Shown in pieces: positions 58,195 through 64,000 of a DNA stretch of 64,000 nt. Within the stretch, counting starts at the first letter, position 1, and each line of letters opens with the position of its first letter. The stretch is taken from the sequence record MH355584.1. One strand, given 5' to 3'. A program made the translations under genes and the position numbers. Under the pieces are notes generated by a model. That model saw nothing but the letters and a program-made list of their open reading frames with translations. It had not been told where the DNA came from and searched no databases. Origin of the DNA: Escherichia phage vB_EcoM_JB75.

Positions 58195-58407
58195 AAAAAC
58201 TCAAAATTCTTTTTCTGACAGGACATTTTAATGAAAACCGAATTGGTTTATACTGAAAAGTTAAATGGCGGTAAGGTTTGGAAACTTTTTATTAAAGGAC
58301 ATTCTACGGACCCTCATATGACCACTTGCGTAGGAACCTATTCTCGTCCTACTAAAAAGATGATTCGACAGTATAAACGATTGCATCGAATGTTTTACAA
58401 TACTTAA
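58124..58407 (+). repeat. local direct repeats (about 20 and 34 bp, two copies each) around the end of the 57709-58194 gene
   Basis: CTCAAATTTCTTTTTCTGAC (58124) vs CTCAAAATTCTTTTTCTGAC (58199); TATAAGCGATTGCATCAAATGTTTTACAATACTT (58160) vs TATAAACGATTGCATCGAATGTTTTACAATACTT (58374). Confidence 0.6.
58231..58407 (+). CDS. small ORF sharing a duplicated C-terminus with the preceding gene (not in ORF track, 58 aa)
   Basis: Ends KMIRQYKRLHRMFYNT, near-duplicate of KIRQYKRLHQMFYNT at 58150-58194. Confidence 0.35.
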   Translation: MKTELVYTEKLNGGKVWKLFIKGHSTDPHMTTCVGTYSRPTKKMIRQYKRLHRMFYNT

Positions 58408-58449
58408 AAATAATAAATACCCTTATCTATTTAAGGTAAGGGTTTTATT

Positions 58450-58923
58450 ATGTTATTGACTGGCAAATTATACAAAGAAGAAAAACAGAAATTTTATAAT
58501 GCACAAAACGGTAAATGCTTAATTTGCCAACGAGAACTAAATCCTGATGTTCAAGCTAATCACCTCGACCATGACCATGAATTAAATGGACCAAAAGCAG
58601 GAAAGATACGTGGATTGCTTTGTAATCTCTGCAATGCCGCAGAAGGTCAAATGAAGCATAAATTTAATCGTTCTGGCTTAAAGGGACAAGGTGTTGATTA
58701 TCTTGAATGGTTAGAAAATTTACTTACTTATTTAAAATCCGATTACACCCAAAATAATATTCACCCTAACTTTGTTGGAGATAAATCAAAGGAATTTTCT
58801 CGTTTAGGAAAAGAGGAAATGATGGCCGAGATGCTTCAAAGAGGATTTGAATATAATGAATCTGACACCAAAACACAGTTAATAGCTTCATTTAAGAAGC
58901 AGCTTAGAAAGAGTTTAAAATGA
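58450..58923 (+). CDS. 49: recombination endonuclease VII (Holliday junction resolvase)
   Basis: 157 aa; zinc-binding cysteines CLICQ...CNLC and HLDHDHELNG; matches recalled T4 gp49. Confidence 0.9.
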   Translation: MLLTGKLYKEEKQKFYNAQNGKCLICQRELNPDVQANHLDHDHELNGPKAGKIRGLLCNLCNAAEGQMKHKFNRSGLKGQGVDYLEWLENLLTYLKSDYTQNNIHPNFVGDKSKEFSRLGKEEMMAEMLQRGFEYNESDTKTQLIASFKKQLRKSLK

Positions 58924-59457
58924 CAATTGAAAAAGAAATTGAAGGATTGATTCATAAAACTAATAAAGACCTTTTAAACGAGAATGCTAATAAAGATTCT
59001 CGTGTTTTTCCAACTCAACGGGACCTTATGGCTGGTATTGTGTCTAAACACATTGCCAAAAATATGGTCCCGTCTTTTATTATGAAAGCGCATGAAAGCG
59101 GAATTATTCATTTCCATGATATTGATTATTCCCCTGCTCTTCCATTTACTAATTGCTGTTTAGTAGATTTAAAAGGAATGCTTGAGAACGGATTTAAGCT
59201 TGGTAATGCACAGATTGAAACTCCTAAATCAATTGGCGTTGCTACTGCAATTATGGCACAAATTACTGCACAGGTTGCTTCTCACCAATACGGCGGAACT
59301 ACATTTGCTAATGTCGATAAAGTACTTTCTCCTTATGTTAAACGCACCTACGCAAAACATATTGAGGATGCAGAAAAATGGCAAATCGCTGATGCGTTGA
59401 ATTATGCTCAATCTAAAACAGAAAAAGACGTATACGATGCATTCCAAGCTTATGAGT
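58920..59457 (+). CDS. nrdD: anaerobic ribonucleotide reductase NrdD, exon 1
   Basis: In-frame stop 59463-59465 lies just inside the predicted intron; exon end placed at the U of UAUGAGU that can pair with intron GCUCAU. Confidence 0.75.
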
Positions 59458-60481
59458 TAATTTAATTCAGGCTCATGTAAAACCGGTCTAAACGGGGAAC
59501 CTCTCTAGTAGACAATCCCGTGCTAAATGTTCTTTTGAACTAAATGCCTAACGACTAACCGTGATGAATGTAGCGGTGTAGAATAGAAGCTAATGCTATT
59601 CGAAACGGCCGGCATCGAAAGATGAAGATATAGTCTAATCTGCATGGCGACATGCAGCAGTCATCTTGTATAAATAAGATTATCTTATGAATACGAGGTG
59701 AAACAATGAAATGGATAAAAAGACGTTGTACTAAAATAAAAGATAAAGACGCATTTACATACTTAGTTAAGTTTTCTAATGGCGACATTTATATCGGTTA
59801 TAAAAAATTTAGAACAATTAAAAACAAGCCCACAAACTGGAAAACTTACACAACGTCATCTAAGTATATAAATGAACGCTTAAAAACTGATACACCTACT
59901 AAATGGATAATTTTAAAAACATTTGATAGTTATAAAGATGCATTAAAACATGAAGAAGAGGTCATACGTAAGTATTTTTATAGCAAAAAATGTTTAAATA
60001 AATCCATAGGCGGTAAAAAGTTTTATAAGCATCCGGATACTGAAGAACATATTCAAAAATTAAGAGATGCTCATAAGGGTAAAGTGTTATCCGAATCTCA
60101 TAAAAACAATATAAAATCTTCTGTAGCTGAATATTATGCTAAAAACGGAAGATCTAAGGAACATGTGCAAAATAATATCAATAGTCGAAAAAGTAAAAAA
60201 CAAGTATCGATAAAGCTTAAAAATAAAACTTTTAGAAGTTTTAAAAAAGCAGCGGAATATTTAAATTGCACTGAAAGTGAAGTCGAAACTCATCCTCTTG
60301 TTTTGAGTATTAAGACTACTATTCATAAAGTTCCTGAATATGTGGTTGTTGACGGTATTAAGTATACGTCTTATATAGAAGCAGCTAAAGCGCTAAATTT
60401 TCATCCTAGCACTATAAAAGAACGTTGCATATCTATGGACTATCCAAATTTTGTTGTTTCATATAAACGGGCATGAATTTG
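59458..60481 (+). mobile_element. group I self-splicing intron in nrdD (sunY-type) carrying a homing endonuclease ORF
   Basis: Interrupts the NrdD frame; 5' core 59470-59700 has P7-like GACUA/UAGUC; ORF occupies the 3' part; splice sites inferred from P1 pairing, terminal G and frame, +/- a few nt. Confidence 0.7.
59706..60476 (+). CDS. GIY-YIG homing endonuclease (I-TevII-like)
   Basis: 256 aa; GIY-YIG motifs GDIYIGYKK and second YxG block; lies inside the nrdD intron. Confidence 0.8.
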   Translation: MKWIKRRCTKIKDKDAFTYLVKFSNGDIYIGYKKFRTIKNKPTNWKTYTTSSKYINERLKTDTPTKWIILKTFDSYKDALKHEEEVIRKYFYSKKCLNKSIGGKKFYKHPDTEEHIQKLRDAHKGKVLSESHKNNIKSSVAEYYAKNGRSKEHVQNNINSRKSKKQVSIKLKNKTFRSFKKAAEYLNCTESEVETHPLVLSIKTTIHKVPEYVVVDGIKYTSYIEAAKALNFHPSTIKERCISMDYPNFVVSYKRA

Positions 60482-61782
60482 CGACTCATGCTGAATATAA
60501 TGATGAAGTAAATACACTTTTCAGCTCTAATGGACAAACGCCTTTTGTAACAATTACATTTGGTACGGGAACTGACTGGACTGAACGAATGATTCAGAAA
60601 GCAATTCTGAAAAATCGTATTAAAGGTCTTGGTCGTGATGGGATAACTCCTATTTTCCCTAAGCTTGTTATGTTTGTTGAAGAAGGTGTTAATCTTTATA
60701 AAGACGATCCGAACTATGATATTAAGCAGCTTGCTCTAGAGTGCGCAAGCAAAAGAATGTATCCTGATATTATTTCAGCTAAGAACAATAAAGCTATCAC
60801 CGGCTCATCTATTCCTGTTTCTCCAATGGGTTGCCGCAGTTTCTTGAGTGTGTGGAAAGATTCAACCGGTAATGAAATTCTTGATGGACGTAATAATCTT
60901 GGTGTTGTAACACTGAATCTTCCTCGTATCGCATTAGATTCTTATATTGGAACACAGTTCAATGAACAGAAATTTATCGAATTGTTCAATGAGCGAATGG
61001 ATTTATGTTTTGAAGCTTTGATGTGTAGAATTAGTTCCTTAAAAGGAGTTAAAGCTACTGTTGCTCCTATTCTTTATCAAGAAGGTGCATTCGGGGTTCG
61101 TCTTAAACCTGATGACGATATAATTGAGTTATTTAAAAACGGCAGAAGTTCAGTGTCTTTAGGATACATTGGTATTCACGAATTGAATATTCTTGTCGGT
61201 CGTGATATTGGACGAGAAATTTTAACTAAAATGAATGCTCATCTTAAACAGTGGACTGAAAGAACCGGATTTGCTTTTAGTTTATATTCGACTCCTGCTG
61301 AAAACCTTTGTTATCGCTTCTGTAAACTTGATACAGAAAAATATGGAAGTGTAAAAGATGTTACCGATAAAGGCTGGTACACTAACAGTTTCCATGTTTC
61401 AGTAGAAGAAAATATTACTCCGTTTGAAAAGATTTCTCGTGAAGCGCCATATCATTTCATTGCGACAGGTGGTCACATTTCTTATGTTGAACTTCCTGAT
61501 ATGAAAAATAACTTGAAAGGTCTTGAGGCCGTATGGGATTATGCTGCACAACATTTAGATTATTTTGGTGTTAACATGCCGGTAGATAAATGTTTTACAT
61601 GCGGAAGTACCCATGAAATGACTCCTACTGAAAACGGATTTGTTTGTTCTATTTGTGGAGAAACTGATCCTAAAAAGATGAATACCATAAGAAGAACGTG
61701 TGGTTATTTGGGAAATCCTAACGAACGCGGATTTAATCTCGGTAAAAATAAAGAAATCATGCATAGGGTTAAACACCAATGA
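60482..61782 (+). CDS. nrdD: anaerobic ribonucleotide reductase NrdD, exon 2
   Basis: Glycyl-radical motif RRTCGYLG near C-terminus; Cys-rich zinc site CFTCGS...CSICG. Confidence 0.8.
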
Positions 61783-62249
61783 ATTATGATAGATTTTATC
61801 CTTGCGATTTTGTGAATGGCCCTGGTTGCAGGGTCGTTCTTTTCGTTACAGGTTGTTTGCATAAATGCGAAGGGTGTTATAATAAATCAACATGGAATGC
61901 TAGAAATGGTATTCCATTCACTGGTGAAACACTAGAACAATTAATTGAATGTTTGAATAATGATTATATAGAAGGATTAACTATAACTGGAGGAGACCCT
62001 CTCTATCCTGATAATCGAGATGTTATTCATTGCATCGTTCAAACAGTAAAAAATCTTTATCCCAATAAAAGCATTTGGTTGTGGACAGGATATAAGTTTG
62101 AAGATATTAAACAACTAGAAATGCTTAAATATGTTGATGTTATTATTGATGGGAAGTATGAGAAAAATCTTCCGACTAAAAAGCTATGGAGAGGATCAGA
62201 TAATCAGCGGCTTTGGTCAAATACCGATGGGGTGTGGAAACATGATTAA
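61779..62249 (+). CDS. nrdG: anaerobic RNR activating enzyme NrdG (radical SAM)
   Basis: 156 aa; radical-SAM cysteine triad CLHKCEGC; overlaps nrdD stop. Confidence 0.85.
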   Translation: MNYDRFYPCDFVNGPGCRVVLFVTGCLHKCEGCYNKSTWNARNGIPFTGETLEQLIECLNNDYIEGLTITGGDPLYPDNRDVIHCIVQTVKNLYPNKSIWLWTGYKFEDIKQLEMLKYVDVIIDGKYEKNLPTKKLWRGSDNQRLWSNTDGVWKHD

Positions 62250-62364
62250 ATTGAATTACATTATGGATACTATAAATGATATGATTTTTCATTTTGGTCC
62301 AGAATTTTATTCGCAGTATAGTTTAGTGCTTATCAATGCTTGGTTAATTAATTAAGGGTAAAAT

Positions 62365-62580
62365 ATGTATAAATTTCGTAAAGGTTTAGCTGATTTTCTT
62401 ACAACTGTAACATTCTTTCTGTTTATGGCAGTTGGAGCTATTTTCCTTATTCCTTTTATTGCTATATTTTTCGTGATTAGTTTGATTTCTCCAGAAAAGG
62501 GCTTATCTTCTAGTGAGTTCAATGAGCGTCTGGATAAAATTACTAACAAGCTGAATTCTGTTCTTGATAAAAAGGCTTAA
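62365..62580 (+). CDS. small membrane protein
   Basis: 71 aa with one long hydrophobic segment. Confidence 0.45.
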   Translation: MYKFRKGLADFLTTVTFFLFMAVGAIFLIPFIAIFFVISLISPEKGLSSSEFNERLDKITNKLNSVLDKKA

Positions 62581-62582
62581 TT

Positions 62583-62894
62583 ATGATTAGTTTTGAGCGG
62601 TATGTGGTAGAGAGTTGGAAGGGTTTTGACATGTTCGGTAATGACTATTATTTTTACGAATGTAGTCTAAATCCTAGTTTTTGGGCTGGACGTGAACGAG
62701 ATCTCGAAGAAATTAATGCTCGTGCCGAATTGTTAGGTGAACTGCCTACGGTTTATTTTACCTTTGATGCGTCTGGATTTGTTATCCAGGTTTATTTTCC
62801 TGAAGAAAACTCTGGTGAGGATTCTGTTAATCCTCCTTATTGGGCTTACCAAGGAATTATTTCTCGTGGAACAAAACTCGAACTTAAAGAATAA
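62583..62894 (+). CDS. hypothetical protein
   Basis: 103 aa coupled ORF. Confidence 0.5.
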   Translation: MISFERYVVESWKGFDMFGNDYYFYECSLNPSFWAGRERDLEEINARAELLGELPTVYFTFDASGFVIQVYFPEENSGEDSVNPPYWAYQGIISRGTKLELKE

Positions 62895-62895
62895 G

Positions 62896-63189
62896 ATTGA
62901 AGTCTATGGAATTCCAGATGAAGTAGGTCGTTGTCCTGGATGTCAATCAGTTACAAAACTTCTAAAGGAGCTCAATGCTCCTTTTACTTTCTATAAAGTT
63001 CTTACAAATAACGGTAAGATTGAGTATGATCGTCCACTGATTGTATCTCTTGCTAAACGCGCTGGATTCACATCTCTTAACATTCGTTATCCAGTCATTT
63101 TCATTAATGATTCTAGACAAAAGAACATTAAACACTTCAAAGAAACTCTCATTTCACTTGGATATGATAGAGATATCATAGAAGACTAA
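62896..63189 (+). CDS. nrdH: glutaredoxin-like protein NrdH (start codon unresolved)
   Basis: CPGC redox motif; no in-frame ATG, so initiation must use GTG near 62866 or AUU at 62896; terminator follows. Confidence 0.6.
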   Translation: MEVYGIPDEVGRCPGCQSVTKLLKELNAPFTFYKVLTNNGKIEYDRPLIVSLAKRAGFTSLNIRYPVIFINDSRQKNIKHFKETLISLGYDRDIIED

Positions 63190-63192
63190 GAC

Positions 63193-63215
63193 AGGCCCTC
63201 TGGGCCTTTCTTTCT
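63193..63215 (+). terminator. rho-independent terminator after nrdH
   Basis: AGGCCC-TCT-GGGCCT followed by TTCTTTCT. Confidence 0.6.
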
Positions 63216-63283
63216 CACATTCTGTATATTACCATTCTAAGCTATCGTTCCTTTCTTATCATTCCCTAAAATAATTTTCACAA

Positions 63284-63320
63284 AGTTGTTTACAAGAAGT
63301 TCAAACTGTGGTATTATTAA
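63284..63320 (+). promoter_or_regulatory. T4-type early promoter
   Basis: ATTTTCACAAAGTTGTTTACAAG ... TGTGGTATTATTAA. Confidence 0.55.
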
Positions 63321-63347
63321 CATATGAATTACCTTTGAGGATTTGAT

Positions 63348-63530
63348 ATGGTTATGATTGATAAAGAAATTAAAAAGGGACAGTATTATCTTATTAATGG
63401 TAATGCTGTTCGCGTTACTTACGTAAATGGTTATGATGTTTATTATCTTATACTTAAGTTACATAAACACATGATTTGCGATCGTGCTGCATTTAGTTCA
63501 GTTGCTAAGGAAATTAAACTCCATGGGTAA
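63348..63530 (+). CDS. hypothetical protein
   Basis: 60 aa ORF behind early promoter and SD GAGGA. Confidence 0.45.
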   Translation: MVMIDKEIKKGQYYLINGNAVRVTYVNGYDVYYLILKLHKHMICDRAAFSSVAKEIKLHG

Positions 63531-63816
63531 AACGTATCGTCGTAAAGACTTGAAAGTTCGTGATTATGACTATTTCGGAAAGCGTAAAGCTCCTGATGGT
63601 GTAAGTCATAAAGATATGGTTGAAAACATTTTTCGCTCAGATAAATGGCGTAGAATGAAAGGTATTGATTCAGAAGTTAAAGATGAGTTAAATCGTCAAT
63701 TACGCGGTGAAGTAAGAAAGTTGAAAAAATCAGTTTACATTGACGATGATTTTGATTATAATACTTCTCAACGAGTTGCTAAACGTAAATCAAACGAGTG
63801 TTATCGTTATAGCTGA
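63523..63816 (+). CDS. hypothetical basic protein
   Basis: Track ORF from 63484; internal ATG about 63523; Lys/Arg-rich. Confidence 0.4.
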   Translation: MGKTYRRKDLKVRDYDYFGKRKAPDGVSHKDMVENIFRSDKWRRMKGIDSEVKDELNRQLRGEVRKLKKSVYIDDDFDYNTSQRVAKRKSNECYRYS

Positions 63817-63956
63817 GGAAAATATGAATATCAAACGAATGCTTTTTAAGCAGGGGTTATATACTTTAAATGTTACTCCAAAAGGCGATACAACTAAGTG
63901 GTCAGTAAATGACTGGATTAAATTTATTGATGAAAATGGCAATTGGGAAATTTAAA

Positions 63957-64000
63957 TGAATCCTGAATCTAAATTATCGCAGCGAATTGCTGAAGAACGC
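63957..64000 (+). CDS. 5' end of a gene continuing beyond the window
   Basis: ATG at 63957 opens a frame to the window edge (MNPESKLSQRIAEER). Confidence 0.3.

Noticed and set aside
59555-59788. 77-aa minus-strand ORF inside the nrdD intron
   Set aside because: Lies in the structured intron core and start of the endonuclease gene on the opposite strand; no expression signals

Overview
This window is a contiguous piece of a T4-like (T-even, Tevenvirinae) myovirus genome, not bacterial chromosome. Positions 1-27026 carry the conserved late morphogenesis block on the minus strand in T4 order: 53, 5, 5.1, 5.4, 6-12, wac, 13-20, 67, 68, 21, 22 and the first codons of 23. Positions 27040-64000 are plus-strand: late genes 4, 2, 3; then 1, 57A, 57B; a cassette region of capsid-targeted internal-protein-like genes; a 10-gene tRNA array; NudE and lysozyme e; the vs/regB region with a GrcA-like glycyl-radical protein; tk and rI; a long accessory stretch including a nucleotidyltransferase-like gene, a P-loop ATPase and four tandem paralogues; nrdC; endonuclease VII; nrdD split by a group I intron carrying a GIY-YIG homing endonuclease; nrdG and nrdH. 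Gene order follows T4, but the tRNA set, the internal-protein complement, the gp12 C-terminal domain and the denV/ipII position differ from what I recall of T4, so this is a relative rather than T4 itself. All protein assignments rest on the supplied translations, visible motifs, gene order and recalled T4 knowledge; no database search was run. Small elements were placed by hand-counting and may be off by 1-2 nt. The most interesting material is the cassette-like array of five CTS-bearing internal proteins with dyad-containing early promoters and duplicated terminators, the four-paralogue tandem array, and the nucleotidyltransferase/ATPase neighbourhood.
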